DNA from: Nibricoccus sp.
GTDB lineage: Bacteria; Verrucomicrobiota; Verrucomicrobiia; Opitutales; Opitutaceae
Length of the DNA stretch: 64,000 nucleotides
Direction: 5' to 3'
NCBI GenBank assembly: GCA_047600805.1
Contig: JASGKG010000001.1
Location: forward strand, 1,151,133-1,215,132
How positions within the stretch are numbered: the stretch's first letter is position 1; every line of letters starts with the position of its first letter. Positions 27,619 through 38,368 of this stretch are shown piece by piece. A model generated the notes under the pieces. The model was not told where the DNA came from, searched no databases, and saw nothing but the letters and a program-made list of their open reading frames with translations. The position numbers were made by a program, and so were the translations under genes.

Positions 27619-28845
27619 ATGTCGTCCTGGCTTCAGAAGAAAATTAACACGTTTGGTCAGTTCTACGTCGACGTGGTTTTTGGGCGAGGCGAGGGCGTGC
27701 GTGCGACGTTATTTGCGGGCCTCTTGCAGGGAGCGTCGCATCTTTATAGCGGCATCGTTCAGACGCGCTATTGGCTTTATCAGAACAGAATATTTCACGA
27801 TCAACACCTTGGCTGCCTTGTCGTGGTGGTGGGGAACTTGACGTGGGGCGGAACGGGCAAGACGCCGGTCGTCGAAAAATTCGCGCGGGCTCTGCGTGAC
27901 CGCGGCCGAAAAGTCGCGATTCTCAGCCGCGGTTACAAAAGCAAATCCCTGCCTCTTTGGAAAAAGAGCCTGAACTGGATCACTCACGCGAGCGAACCGC
28001 CGCCGAAGGTGGTCAGCGACGGTGAGCGCGTGTTGCTCAATTCGGAGGAGGCGGGCGACGAGCCCTTCATGCTCGCGCGCAATCTCCCTGGCGTGATCGT
28101 GCTGGTCGATAAGAACCGCGTGAAATCCGGTGCGTATGCGATCAAGAAGTTTGGATGCGACACCTTGATCCTCGACGATGGTTTTCAATACCTTCCGCTC
28201 AAAGGCAGGCTGAACCTTTTGCTCGTCGACAAAACCAATCCGTTTGGCAACGGCTTCGTCCTTCCGCGCGGCATTTTGCGCGAGCCGATCAAGGACCTTA
28301 AGCGCGCGAGCTACGTTTTTCTAACCAAGTCCAATGGCCAACGCGACGCCGAGCTCGAGGACCTCATTCACTCGCACAATCCAGGCGTGGATATTATCGA
28401 ATGTGCGCACAAGCCGCAGTATTTGCAGCGCTTTGACAGCGATGAACGGTTGCCATTGACAGCTTTGAAAGGCCGCAGGGTAGGAGCGTTCAGCGGCATC
28501 GCGACGCCGGAGAGCTTCGAAAAATTCCTAAAGGACCTCGGCGCGACGCTGAGCTACACAAAACGGTTTCTCGATCACTACCGTTTTACCTACGAGGACA
28601 TCGTTGGGATTTTCAGCGAAGCTTTGGCGGAACGCGTGGATTTTATTGTGACCACGGAGAAAGACGCGGTGCGTTTGCCCGACCACCTGCCGTGCCCCGT
28701 GCTGCTTTATTATCTGCGGCTGGAGATCGATATTATCCGTGGCGCGCCCGACTTCGACGAAGCGGTCAGCCGGATTTGTTTCTCCACGCTGCCACCGAGC
28801 ACGGCGCCTTTCCCACTTGCCGCGGACGAGCGGAAGAAGGAATAG
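27619..28845 (+). CDS. lpxK: tetraacyldisaccharide 4'-kinase
   Basis: P-loop [20 protein letters not shown] followed by ILSRGYKSK. Longer than E. coli LpxK, with an insertion after the SRGY motif and a C-terminal extension. Confidence 0.85.
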   Translation: MSSWLQKKINTFGQFYVDVVFGRGEGVRATLFAGLLQGASHLYSGIVQTRYWLYQNRIFHDQHLGCLVVVVGNLTWGGTGKTPVVEKFARALRDRGRKVAILSRGYKSKSLPLWKKSLNWITHASEPPPKVVSDGERVLLNSEEAGDEPFMLARNLPGVIVLVDKNRVKSGAYAIKKFGCDTLILDDGFQYLPLKGRLNLLLVDKTNPFGNGFVLPRGILREPIKDLKRASYVFLTKSNGQRDAELEDLIHSHNPGVDIIECAHKPQYLQRFDSDERLPLTALKGRRVGAFSGIATPESFEKFLKDLGATLSYTKRFLDHYRFTYEDIVGIFSEALAERVDFIVTTEKDAVRLPDHLPCPVLLYYLRLEIDIIRGAPDFDEAVSRICFSTLPPSTAPFPLAADERKKE

Positions 28846-28857
28846 TTTCTGACATTC

Positions 28858-29982
28858 ATGATTATTGATCCTCGTTTTAGCGAACTGGCGGAGGGACTGA
28901 CGTCCTTTTCCACCGCACTCAAAAAAGGTGAACGCGTTTTGATCGATGCCTTCGATGTGCCGGATGCGATGGTCATTGCGTTGATCCGCGCCGCGCGCAA
29001 ACGCGGAGCGCACCCCAGCATAAACATTCATCGCGCCCGGGTGACGCGTGAACTGACGTTGGGCGCGACGGAAGAGCAATACGGCCCGCACGCTGAGATC
29101 GAGCTGCAGCGTATGCAAAAAATGGATGCGTACATCGCGCTCCGCGGCTCGGACAATATTTTTGAAGCATCTGACATTCCGCCGGAGCGCGTGCAGTTGG
29201 TCAGCCGGTTGATGAAGCCGGTCCTTGATCATCGCGTGGGAAAAACAAAGTGGGTCGTCCTCCGCTGGCCGACGCCTTCGATGGCGCAGCAAGCGGGACT
29301 GAGCACGGAACGGTTTGAGGATTTTTACTTCCAGGTCTGCACGCTGGATTACTCACGCATGGTGCCGGGAATGAAAGCGCTGGCCGACCTCATGGAGGCG
29401 ACGGATCGCGTCCACATCAAAGGCCCGGGCACTGACCTGCGGTTCTCGATCAAAGGCATCGGCGCGCAGCCGTGCGGCGGTTTGCGCAACATTCCCGACG
29501 GCGAGGTTTTTTCCTGCCCTGTGAAGGATAGCGTCGAAGGTTACGTGCAGTACAACGCGCCCACGGTTTATCTCGGACAATCGTTCGACAACATCCGGCT
29601 CGGCTTCAAACTGGGACGTATTGTCGAAGCGACGTCGAACAACACGAAACGCCTAAACGAAATTCTCGATAGCGACGACGGCGCGCGTTACATCGGCGAG
29701 TTCGCCTTGGGCTTCAACCCGCACATCCTCGATCCGATGCGCGACATCCTGTTCGATGAAAAAATCGCGGGCTCGTTCCACTTTACGCCGGGGCAAGCCT
29801 ACGAAGACGTCGGCAATGGCAACAAATCTCAAGTTCACTGGGACATGGTCTGCATTCAGCGCCCCGAATACGGTGGCGGTGAGATTTGGTTCGACGACAA
29901 GCTGATTCGTAAAGACGGCCTGTTCGTGCCGAAGGCACTGCACAAGTTGAATCCGGAATATCTGCTCGGAACAGCCAAATAA
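28858..29982 (+). CDS. aminopeptidase, M29 (AmpS/PepS thermophilic metalloaminopeptidase) family
   Basis: 374 aa. Overall similarity to aminopeptidase II/AmpS (N-terminal [18 protein letters not shown].., C-terminal HFTPG..., HWDMV). Confidence 0.7.
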   Translation: MIIDPRFSELAEGLTSFSTALKKGERVLIDAFDVPDAMVIALIRAARKRGAHPSINIHRARVTRELTLGATEEQYGPHAEIELQRMQKMDAYIALRGSDNIFEASDIPPERVQLVSRLMKPVLDHRVGKTKWVVLRWPTPSMAQQAGLSTERFEDFYFQVCTLDYSRMVPGMKALADLMEATDRVHIKGPGTDLRFSIKGIGAQPCGGLRNIPDGEVFSCPVKDSVEGYVQYNAPTVYLGQSFDNIRLGFKLGRIVEATSNNTKRLNEILDSDDGARYIGEFALGFNPHILDPMRDILFDEKIAGSFHFTPGQAYEDVGNGNKSQVHWDMVCIQRPEYGGGEIWFDDKLIRKDGLFVPKALHKLNPEYLLGTAK

Positions 29983-30063
29983 CAAAAACAGAAAAAGGGA
30001 GGGCTTAAGTTGTTGTGCGGTTCGCTCGCATAAAGCGAAACGCGTGACAGCGGGAGCGGCTAA

Positions 30064-31056
30064 ATGACCACCGCCAAACAAGCGCTGCGCAGTTTCATCA
30101 AAGCACTGCCGAAAACGGAAACGCACCTTCATATCGAAGGAGCTTTGCCTTACGAGCTTTTGCACGGCTGGCAGCCAGGGCGTTTTCCGACCACGCCGCC
30201 TTTCCGGGCGACAAGCTACCGCTTCGCGAATTTTCCCGCGTTCGACGAGATTCTCTTGGGACACGCTTTGCCTTGGTTCACGTCGTTGGAGCGGTATCAC
30301 CAGGCGGCGAAAGCAATCTTTGCGCGCCATCTCACGCAAAACGTTCGGTACGTCGAAACCAGTTTCCACCTACCAATTGCCGGTTTCATCGGCGTGCCCG
30401 GCCGCGAAATCATTGCGGCGATTCGTTCGGCCGTGCCAAAGGGTTTGGAAGTGCGGATATTCGCCGGAATGTTGCGAACCGATTACCATGGTGACTTGTG
30501 TGAGGTGATCGACGATCTCGTGAATTGGGACGAACTGGCAGGTGTGGATCTGCACGGCTTCGAGCAAACACCGACGGAGCCGTGGACAGCGAAGGTCTGG
30601 GCCAAACTGCGTGCCGCCGGTAAAATCACAAAGGCCCACGCAGGCGAGTTCGACGGGCCCGCACGAGTACGCGAAGCGATCGAACAACTCGGGTCCAACC
30701 GTATCCAGCACGGGGTGCGCGCGATTGAAGACCCGGCGGTCGTCGCGTTGGTAAAAGAAAAGGACGTCACCTTGGACGTGTGTCCGATCAGCAATGTAAA
30801 GCTGGGGCTTTATCCATCGCTGAAGGATCATCCGCTGCGAGCGCTGATGAATGCGGGAATTCGCTGCACGGTGAGTACCGACGATCCTTTGGTTTTTGGA
30901 AATACGTTGTGCGACGAATATCTCGCGCTGGCGGCGGAGGCGGGATTCTCGAAAAACGAACTAGCACAGGTGGCCAGAAACGGTTGGGCTGTGGCTGACG
31001 TGCCGCCGTTGGAGCGCCAGAAAGCGCTGGCGGCTATCGATAAGCTCGTGGCTTAG
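30064..31056 (+). CDS. adenosine deaminase family amidohydrolase
   Basis: Metal-binding HLHIEGA near the N-terminus. KAHAGE (cf. Add TVHAGE) and STDDPLVF (cf. Add NTDDP). Confidence 0.75.
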   Translation: MTTAKQALRSFIKALPKTETHLHIEGALPYELLHGWQPGRFPTTPPFRATSYRFANFPAFDEILLGHALPWFTSLERYHQAAKAIFARHLTQNVRYVETSFHLPIAGFIGVPGREIIAAIRSAVPKGLEVRIFAGMLRTDYHGDLCEVIDDLVNWDELAGVDLHGFEQTPTEPWTAKVWAKLRAAGKITKAHAGEFDGPARVREAIEQLGSNRIQHGVRAIEDPAVVALVKEKDVTLDVCPISNVKLGLYPSLKDHPLRALMNAGIRCTVSTDDPLVFGNTLCDEYLALAAEAGFSKNELAQVARNGWAVADVPPLERQKALAAIDKLVA

Positions 31057-31166
31057 GCCACAAGGCATTGGAAAAGATCTGATTTTTTCCATGCCCGCAT
31101 ATTTCTGTCGCCGAACCCTCTTGAGGCTCTAGGCTGCGACGGTTCAGTTTAACCAGAATCAACGTT

Positions 31167-32834
31167 ATGTTCTCTCTATTCCTTGGTTCGTTGCTTGTTT
31201 TCGCGGGAATCATCGCAGTCGTAGTGCGCATGTCCTCGCAATCGGCGGTTACACGGGCCTCGGCGAGCACGCTTGCAATCGTGCTGGTCCTGGCTGGCGC
31301 AGGAATTTTCATTTTAGCGTCTGCGGTGAATATCTCGTCAGACCAGACTGGCGTCGTGATCAAGACTCTGGGCTCGGATCTGCCGGCTGGCCGCATTGTC
31401 GCGGTGAACGGTGAAAAAGGTCCGCAAGCGAGGGTTCTAGGACCCGGCTGGCACTTTGGCTACTGGCCCTGGGCGTACGAGGTCGAGAAGGTCGACACCG
31501 TCATGGTGCCGACGGGCCAGATTGGCGTGGTCATGGCGTTGGATGGAAAGGTGCTTCCGAACGGTTCGGTTTTCGCGCAAGCTTGGAAGTCGGCTGACGA
31601 TATGCTGGATGCGACCAAGTTTCTAACGGATGGTGCGGGTTTTCGTGGTCCGCAGCTGACGATTTTGACGCCTGGCAATTACCGCATTAATCCGCGGCTC
31701 TTCAAAGTGGAACTGCGGCCTGTGACGTTGGTCGCGGCCGGCGAAGTGGCCGTGGTGAAGGCAAATGCCGGGGACGTTTATGCCGGCACCGATAAAATCA
31801 CGGTTAACGGCGTCGATATTGTGCCTCAGGGAAATCGCGGGATTTGGCGCACGCCACTGTTGCCGGGCGCGTACAACCTGCATCCGGAAGCGTTTCAGGT
31901 GATCAAGGTGAAAACCACCCAGCGCGTCTACACCTACCAACGTGTTGACCGAACCACCCAGTCGAATCCAACCTCGCGACGGGGAAACAGCCAGCACGGT
32001 CCGGATTATTCGATTAGTGTTCGTTCAAAAGATGGCTTTACCTTCCCGGTCGATGTGCGACTTTCACTCTCGGTAGCGGCAGAAAACGCACCTTATCTTG
32101 TGGCGCTGCTTGGCGATCCGGACCGGATCGTCAAAGACGACCAAGAAGACGAGGAGCTGGAGATTTTGGAGGCGCGCTTGGTTTTGCCGACAGCCCGTGC
32201 TGCGTTGCGCAACGTCGCGGAAACGCTCGGCGCACTCGAGTACGTCGCCAGTCGCAGTCGTGTGGAATCGATGACCGCCAAACTTGTCGAAAGTGAGTTT
32301 AAGCCGTACCGGCTGACGTTTCTCGGCGCGTTCATTGGTGCGATCGGCTTGGATGCCACGGAAGCGGGACAGAAACTGCTGCTGACTCAAACCGACAAAG
32401 AAGTCGCCAGCAACCAGCGGGCGACTTACCAGCAGCAACAGCAGGCCGAAGTGGCGCGCCAGCAATTTATTCGTTCAAGAGAAGAGGCGGATCAACAGAA
32501 GCAGCTTGTTGAAGCCGAGTTCGCGGTGAAAACTGCCGCTGAGCGGGCGAAGGCGCAGATCGAGACCGCCAAAGGCGAGGGTGAGCGCATCCGCATTACC
32601 GCCGAAGCCCGCAAGCAAAGCTATGATTTGCTTGCGGCGGCGATCGGAAAGGACGGAGTGACACTGCTTGAAAGCCTGCGGCTCGTTCAGGAAGGGAATA
32701 TACGAATCACTCCGGACATCTTGGTTCAAGGTGGCGGTTCGGACCATGGCCTGACGGATGCGCTCTCGGCAACGATCCTCCGCCAGCAAGGCCAGTCCAA
32801 ACCTGCTCCGGCAACCACCGGAACAAATAAATAA
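31167..32834 (+). CDS. SPFH/band-7 (flotillin-like) membrane protein with Q-rich coiled-coil C-terminus
   Basis: Two N-terminal TM helices, a band-7-like region (QIGVVMALDG...) and a flotillin-like QQQQQAEVARQQ...EAEFAVKTAAERAKAQIE tail. Confidence 0.5.
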   Translation: MFSLFLGSLLVFAGIIAVVVRMSSQSAVTRASASTLAIVLVLAGAGIFILASAVNISSDQTGVVIKTLGSDLPAGRIVAVNGEKGPQARVLGPGWHFGYWPWAYEVEKVDTVMVPTGQIGVVMALDGKVLPNGSVFAQAWKSADDMLDATKFLTDGAGFRGPQLTILTPGNYRINPRLFKVELRPVTLVAAGEVAVVKANAGDVYAGTDKITVNGVDIVPQGNRGIWRTPLLPGAYNLHPEAFQVIKVKTTQRVYTYQRVDRTTQSNPTSRRGNSQHGPDYSISVRSKDGFTFPVDVRLSLSVAAENAPYLVALLGDPDRIVKDDQEDEELEILEARLVLPTARAALRNVAETLGALEYVASRSRVESMTAKLVESEFKPYRLTFLGAFIGAIGLDATEAGQKLLLTQTDKEVASNQRATYQQQQQAEVARQQFIRSREEADQQKQLVEAEFAVKTAAERAKAQIETAKGEGERIRITAEARKQSYDLLAAAIGKDGVTLLESLRLVQEGNIRITPDILVQGGGSDHGLTDALSATILRQQGQSKPAPATTGTNK

Positions 32835-32850
32835 ATCCAACTTACGCGCA

Positions 32851-33813
32851 ATGGCCGAAATCGTTACGTATACCGTTCGGGAAGGAGTGCGCCGCGCTCG
32901 TGCTGACAAAGTGCTTGCGATGGCGTTTCCTGAGCACAGCCGCGTTGCCATTCAACGTGCTTTTGACGCTGGGCTAGTCTTGTTGGCAGGGCGTAGCATC
33001 AAGCGAAATGCTTCGTTATCCGCGGGCGACGTAGTGGAATTTTCCCTACCAGAGACAAAACCGTCGGAGCTCAAGCCCGTCGACATCCCTCTCGACGTGC
33101 TGTTCGAGGACAAACATCTATTGGCGATCAACAAGCCGGCGGGAATGATCGTTCATCCGGGAGCCGGAACGGGCGAGGATACTCTGGTCCACGCTTTGCT
33201 CGCCCATTGCGAAGGCGAGCTCAGTGGAATTGGCGGCGTAGAGCGTCCTGGAATCGTTCATCGCCTCGATCGCGAAACGTCCGGCGTCATGCTCGTCGCG
33301 AAGAACGATGCGGCGCATCGCGGACTCTCCGAGCAGTTCTCGGAGCGCACGCTTGAAAAAGAGTATCTGGCCATTGTTTCGGGCGCACCCTCTCTTTTGA
33401 GCGGCGGCATTCGGAAACCCATTGGACGCAATCCAAGCCATCGGCACAAGATGGCTGTCGTCGAGGAAGGCGGTCGCGACGCTCATACCGACTGGGAGGT
33501 CGTGGAGAAGTTTGGATCAGTGGCGAGTTTGGTTCGCTGCATCATCCACACTGGGCGCACGCACCAAATCCGCGTGCACATGAAGGCGCTCGGCCATATT
33601 CTACTCGGTGACGACGTCTATGGTTGGAAAAAGGACCCGCGGCTTCCGAAGCAGCCGGAGCGTGTGATGCTGCACGCGGAACACCTCGTCGTGACGCATC
33701 CAATTACCGGCAAGGTGCTCGATTTGCGCGCGCCGCTGCCGAAAGATTTTAAACAGCTGATCGCTGCTCTGAAGAAAGCGGCTCTCAAAACTGCCTTGGC
33801 GCCGCGCCGCTAG
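32851..33813 (+). CDS. rluD: RluA/RluD-family pseudouridine synthase (S4 domain + catalytic domain)
   Basis: INKPAGMIVHPGAG and catalytic Asp motif VHRLDRETSGVMLVAKN. I chose the start at MAEIVTY (the ORF track extends to 32758 and would overlap the previous gene). Confidence 0.85.
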   Translation: MAEIVTYTVREGVRRARADKVLAMAFPEHSRVAIQRAFDAGLVLLAGRSIKRNASLSAGDVVEFSLPETKPSELKPVDIPLDVLFEDKHLLAINKPAGMIVHPGAGTGEDTLVHALLAHCEGELSGIGGVERPGIVHRLDRETSGVMLVAKNDAAHRGLSEQFSERTLEKEYLAIVSGAPSLLSGGIRKPIGRNPSHRHKMAVVEEGGRDAHTDWEVVEKFGSVASLVRCIIHTGRTHQIRVHMKALGHILLGDDVYGWKKDPRLPKQPERVMLHAEHLVVTHPITGKVLDLRAPLPKDFKQLIAALKKAALKTALAPRR

Positions 33814-36734
33814 ATCTCGGAACTGGTTGGTGGTCGTACCGGTTTTGAAGAGTTGGTGGAGGTGCGACTCAAAAGTTCGTGAAGGCGTTGCTCCAGATCT
33901 TGGCTCGTAAATGGCTTTGGCAAAAAGCCGAGGAGCGGGTCTTTTGGAAAACGCTGGCGCACATCGTACTCGCTGTAGCCGCTCATGATGAGAACGGGCA
34001 CCGCAATATCCATGCGTCGCAATTCGTGGAGCGTGGACGGTCCGTCCAGCCCGGGCATGGTTAGGTCGAGCAAAATGGCGACGTATTTATCTCCTCGGGC
34101 AAGCGCGAGAGCCAGTGCTTCATAACCGTCGGAGGCAAGTGCGACTCGATGCCCGAGCCGCTCAAGAACGCTAGCGGCCAGCTTCCGCACATGAGGTTCG
34201 TCGTCCACGACCAGGAACATGCCAGTATCGGCCAGCTGCAGATGACCTCCCGGAGGTGAGAAGGCGGCCGGACGTGAGGCAATCGGCTTGCTGCTCGGCG
34301 GAAGCAACATCCGGAATTTTGATCCTTGCCCCAGGGTGCTCTGTACGAAGAAAGCGCCTGCATGGACCCGCACGATGCCCAAAACCGCCGCTAGGCCTAA
34401 ACCGCGCCCCGTGAATTTGGTGGTGAAGAAAGGATCGAAGATGCGTGCGAGCGTCTCATCGCTCATTCCGCAACCATCGTCGGTGACTTCAAAACTGATG
34501 TAGTCGCCGGGTGGAAGATCTTGTCCGAGGCGGGCTTCGCGCAGTGTCTCGGCTGTGACCTGCATCCTCCCCGTGGATACGCCGATGCGACCGGCACCTT
34601 CTCCAAGCGCGTCGGAGGCGTTGATGACCAGGTTCATGATGACCTGTCTGATTTGGGAGACATCAACTTCGACAGGGAGAATTTCCTGAGTGAGTTTGAA
34701 TTCGAGGGTCGCGTTTTTGCTGATCGAAAGTCTGAGCAACTCGACGGTATCGCTGACGATGTTGTTGAGATCCGTCGGCTCTTTGGTGGTGCGGCTGCGA
34801 CCCGCGTAGGCCAGCATCTGCCGGCAAAGATCGGCGGCGCGCTGGGCTGCGGTCTCGATCTGGTTGAGCGATTCGCCAACGACGGAGCTGTCTTCACGTG
34901 CGATCGACGCATTGCCCATGATGACGGTGAGGAGATTGTTGAAATCGTGGGCGATGCCCCCCGCCAAGACACCGAGGCTTTCCAGCTTTTGGGCCTCAAG
35001 CATTTTGGTTTGGATCTTTTGGCGCTCATCCTCGGCACGTTTGCGGAACGTGATATCTTGAAACGAGCCGTAAATGCGGATCACCCGCGATGCGTCTTTT
35101 TCGGCGCGGCCGATGGTACGAACAGAGATGTTTCGATTGTTCGCGGTGGTTAGCTCGAGTTCCACGTCGAACGACTGGGCCTCGCGGATCGCGTTTTCGA
35201 AGGCGCTTTGAATCGCCTGTTGAGCGGCTCCCCGGTAGAAGCCATACAGTTGCTGCAGCGTGGGCGAACCAGCATCCGGATCTAAATCGTGAATTCGGAA
35301 GGCCTGCAGCGTCCAGTAAAGCACGCCGTTGACGACATCGTATTCCCAGCCGCCGATGTCTGCAGCGCGCTGGCTTTGTTCCAGCAGCGCCTGGCTGCGT
35401 CCCAACGCCTCTTCAATTCTTTTGCGGGCGGTCATGTCGGTCGCAGCGCCCGTCACACGGGTGGGACGGCCGCTGGAATCGCGCGCCACGACTTTACCGC
35501 GATCGAGGATCCACAACCACTGGCCGTTGCGGGCCCGAACGCGATATTCGATGCGGCCGTGGCCTTGGGAAAGCAGTCGCTCGCGAGCCTGACGAACCCG
35601 AGGCACGTCGTCCGGGAAAATTGTCGGCTCCAACGATTCGATCTTCGAGGATATTTCCTCGGCCGAGAGCCCGAGCATGACGGACCATCGTTCGCTTCGA
35701 TTGACGCGGTTGTGCACGACATCCCAATCCCAAAAAGCATCCTGGCTGCCTTCGAGCACGAGGGTAAGACGCTCTTCACCGAGCTTTAGAGCTTCGGTTT
35801 GATGCCGGAGCTTGCGCAGGAGACGAACCTGTCGCCAGTAGACAAGACCTACAAGAATCAGCAGTACGGCAGTCGGCCACCAGTATGGCCGCAGGTCGCT
35901 CCAGCGAATTTTCCGCGGTTCCAAAGGCCCAAACCATTTTTCGTAGAGGTCGTCGCGAATGCCTTGGTTTCGCAACGCGATGATCCCTGCGTCCAATTCG
36001 TAAAGCAGGCCTTCGTGGCCTTTTAGGACGGCGAAATGGTATCGGTAGTGCAAATCTTCGAGCCCAAAAGGCGCGATGCCCACATTCTTCATCCGAAGCT
36101 GAGAGATCGTGTTCTCCGCGAAAATCTTTGTTGCCAGAACGAAGTCTGCCTCGCCGGCCTCAAGCTTTTTGAGGCATTCCTCAGTCGTCGCACACGCGAG
36201 ATATTTACTGCCGAAGCCCCGCTTTTTGGCGTATTCCTCGGAATAGCCTAAAGGGGCGGTGGCCATTCGTTTTGATTTCAGATCGGCGGGTGTTTGTATC
36301 GATTTGTCGTCTTTGCGAATAAACACCGAACCGGGCAGCGTGAGATGTGCGGTGGAGAAATCAGCGTACTGCGCGCGCTCTGGCGTGAACACCATGTTGC
36401 TGATGATATCGATATTGCCCGCTTTGAAGTCCTCCAGCAATTCGGTCCATGGACGATAATCAAGGGTTATCTCCAATTTGCGCTCTCGCGCAACCTCGCG
36501 AATGAGATCCACGAGGTAACCTTCGGGTTCGCCCTGTTCGTTTGAGTGGGAAAGCGGGCTCTTGCCGACTTCGACACCGACTTTAAGTACTTTCTTGTCG
36601 TACTCCGCGGCGACGGGACGGACCGACAAGGCGACGCAAAAGAAAAGGGTGAGGCATTCTACAACCTTCCGACAAAGACGCGTCGAGGGCGCAGGCAGCT
36701 GACGCAGGAGCAGAGTTGAATGCGAATTAATCAC
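33810..36734 (-). CDS. hybrid sensor histidine kinase: periplasmic solute-binding (SBP_bac_3-like) domain, TM, PAS domains, HisKA/HATPase_c, C-terminal receiver
   Basis: N-terminal signal/TM then VGVEVGKSPLSHSNEQGEPEGYLVDL...(SBP type 3). H-box GIAHDFNNLL. ATPase G-boxes DDGCGM, GRGLGL. Receiver FLVVDDEPHVR...LLDLTMPGLDG. Confidence 0.85.
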   Translation of the reverse strand: MINSHSTLLLRQLPAPSTRLCRKVVECLTLFFCVALSVRPVAAEYDKKVLKVGVEVGKSPLSHSNEQGEPEGYLVDLIREVARERKLEITLDYRPWTELLEDFKAGNIDIISNMVFTPERAQYADFSTAHLTLPGSVFIRKDDKSIQTPADLKSKRMATAPLGYSEEYAKKRGFGSKYLACATTEECLKKLEAGEADFVLATKIFAENTISQLRMKNVGIAPFGLEDLHYRYHFAVLKGHEGLLYELDAGIIALRNQGIRDDLYEKWFGPLEPRKIRWSDLRPYWWPTAVLLILVGLVYWRQVRLLRKLRHQTEALKLGEERLTLVLEGSQDAFWDWDVVHNRVNRSERWSVMLGLSAEEISSKIESLEPTIFPDDVPRVRQARERLLSQGHGRIEYRVRARNGQWLWILDRGKVVARDSSGRPTRVTGAATDMTARKRIEEALGRSQALLEQSQRAADIGGWEYDVVNGVLYWTLQAFRIHDLDPDAGSPTLQQLYGFYRGAAQQAIQSAFENAIREAQSFDVELELTTANNRNISVRTIGRAEKDASRVIRIYGSFQDITFRKRAEDERQKIQTKMLEAQKLESLGVLAGGIAHDFNNLLTVIMGNASIAREDSSVVGESLNQIETAAQRAADLCRQMLAYAGRSRTTKEPTDLNNIVSDTVELLRLSISKNATLEFKLTQEILPVEVDVSQIRQVIMNLVINASDALGEGAGRIGVSTGRMQVTAETLREARLGQDLPPGDYISFEVTDDGCGMSDETLARIFDPFFTTKFTGRGLGLAAVLGIVRVHAGAFFVQSTLGQGSKFRMLLPPSSKPIASRPAAFSPPGGHLQLADTGMFLVVDDEPHVRKLAASVLERLGHRVALASDGYEALALALARGDKYVAILLDLTMPGLDGPSTLHELRRMDIAVPVLIMSGYSEYDVRQRFPKDPLLGFLPKPFTSQDLEQRLHELLSRTSTNSSKPVRPPTSSEI

Positions 36735-36869
36735 CAGATCCGCTTGAGAGGTAACGCAAAGCGCTCCGGCGAAGCCAGCCTAAAGCCAGTAGGGTGGTTC
36801 GCTCAAGGGAGTCGATGTGTTCCAGCATTTTTCTGGTCCGCGGTTCAGGAAACTGTTGAATGAGCGCGC

Positions 36870-37604
36870 TTGAATTCTGGCCCCAACGATTACCCGTCAG
36901 TCACAGTCGACCCGGAACGTCCCTTCGACAGTATTCGTGAACTATATCTGTATCGCGAACCGGAATTGATCGGCGCGATGCTGCGTGGCGATCGTTGCTC
37001 AGCTCGCAAAATCATCAACCACATCTTGGTACACATCTACAGCGTGGGCGAAATTCGCCTCGAACTCCTGAAAGGTCTGCTGCTGGAACTCGTCGTGATG
37101 ATGGCACGAGCCACGGTGGAGGCCGGCGTCGAGCAGGCTGACGTCTTGGGCATGCATTTTCGGCATCTGACTGAACTCGCGGAATTGCGAGATGACGAGG
37201 AGCTGGCCGATTGGTTGAAACGAAGCTTTGAGCGGATCTTCACTGCGTTGGAGCAACAGGAAAAAACCGATTCCCCGCCGCGTGTGGCTCGGGCGTTGGC
37301 CTACATGCGCGATCACCTCGACCGTGAAATTACACGGGAGGAAGTCGCGCAGCACGCGGGGATCTCGCCGGGGCATTTCTCGCATTTGCTGCGGGCTCGC
37401 ACCGGGCGGTCGTTCACTGAGTTGCTACGGTCATTTCGCATCGAGGCGGCTTGCGGACTGTTAAGAACCACGGATCGAACGCTGGCCGAAATCGCGGCGG
37501 CTTGTGGTTTTTGTGACCAGAGTTATTTCACAAATGTGTTTCGCGACCAAAAACAAACCACACCGCGGCTGTACCGTGAGTCCGTGCGAGCGAACGCCAC
37601 GTAA
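36870..37604 (+). CDS. AraC-family transcriptional regulator
   Basis: C-terminal dual HTH: ITREEVAQHAGISPGHFSHLLRARTGRSFTELL...TDRTLAEIAAACGFCDQSYFTNVFRDQKQTTP. Confidence 0.8.
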   Translation: MNSGPNDYPSVTVDPERPFDSIRELYLYREPELIGAMLRGDRCSARKIINHILVHIYSVGEIRLELLKGLLLELVVMMARATVEAGVEQADVLGMHFRHLTELAELRDDEELADWLKRSFERIFTALEQQEKTDSPPRVARALAYMRDHLDREITREEVAQHAGISPGHFSHLLRARTGRSFTELLRSFRIEAACGLLRTTDRTLAEIAAACGFCDQSYFTNVFRDQKQTTPRLYRESVRANAT

Positions 37605-37615
37605 ACACTTGGAAC

Positions 37616-38362
37616 ATGGCAACCGAATACACCAATAAAATCCCGCCAAGATTGGCGCTCATTGCTTGTTCGGTTTTTGAGGATGAGATCGCGCTCCACG
37701 CAAAAGGCGCCGATCACATCGTTGTACGCGTCGATTTTGATATTGGCCTGCACGACCGACCCAACGTGATGCGTGCCAAATTACAGGAAGCCATTTTCGC
37801 TTTGGACGATCGAAATGACATCGAGGCGGTTATTCTTTTGTATGGGTTGTGCGGTCGAGGAACCTCTGGCCTTCGCGCAGGCCGCCACAAGCTGGTGATC
37901 GCTCGTGCGCATGATTGCATGGCGCTGTTTTTGGGAAGTAAGGAACGGTTCGCGGAAAAGCAAGCGGCGTGTCCGAACTGTTATTTTTATACGCCGGGAT
38001 GGAATCGTGCGCGCCGCGTTCCAGGTCCAGAACGACTGGTTGCGCTTCGCGAAGAACTGGCGAAGCGTTTTGATCCGGAAGAAGTGGATTTCCTCGTCGA
38101 GAGCGAACGCGCGCTTTGGGCGGCTCATGGTCATGCCGTGTACCTCGCTCTCGGAACTGCCAACGCGCAGTCCGAAGAGGCGTACGCCAGAAAATGCGCT
38201 GAGGGACTAGGTTGGTCTTTCGAAGCCATTGCAGGCGACGCCACGTTGCTGAAAGACCTGCTGTGGGGTCGCTGGGACGAGGTGCGCTTTCAGGTCGTGG
38301 CTCCTGGCGCGACGCTGCAGCATTCAGTGGATCAAGCGATCTTCAAGACCAGTGAGCATTGA
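37616..38362 (+). CDS. DUF1638-family protein (family found alongside corrinoid methyltransferase systems)
   Basis: ALIACSVFEDEI...ILLYGLCGRGTSGL...ARAHDCMALFLGSKERF...CPNCYF Cys pattern. It sits 12 bp after the AraC gene and directly before the RACo-like gene. Confidence 0.5.
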   Translation: MATEYTNKIPPRLALIACSVFEDEIALHAKGADHIVVRVDFDIGLHDRPNVMRAKLQEAIFALDDRNDIEAVILLYGLCGRGTSGLRAGRHKLVIARAHDCMALFLGSKERFAEKQAACPNCYFYTPGWNRARRVPGPERLVALREELAKRFDPEEVDFLVESERALWAAHGHAVYLALGTANAQSEEAYARKCAEGLGWSFEAIAGDATLLKDLLWGRWDEVRFQVVAPGATLQHSVDQAIFKTSEH

Positions 38363-38368
38363 GCGACG

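Noticed and set aside
36735-36869. Looked for a cobalamin riboswitch (B12 box) upstream of the corrinoid cassette and AraC gene
   Set aside because: I could not recognise the conserved B12-box or the surrounding consensus helices by eye. I made no call. An Rfam (RF00174) scan would settle it.
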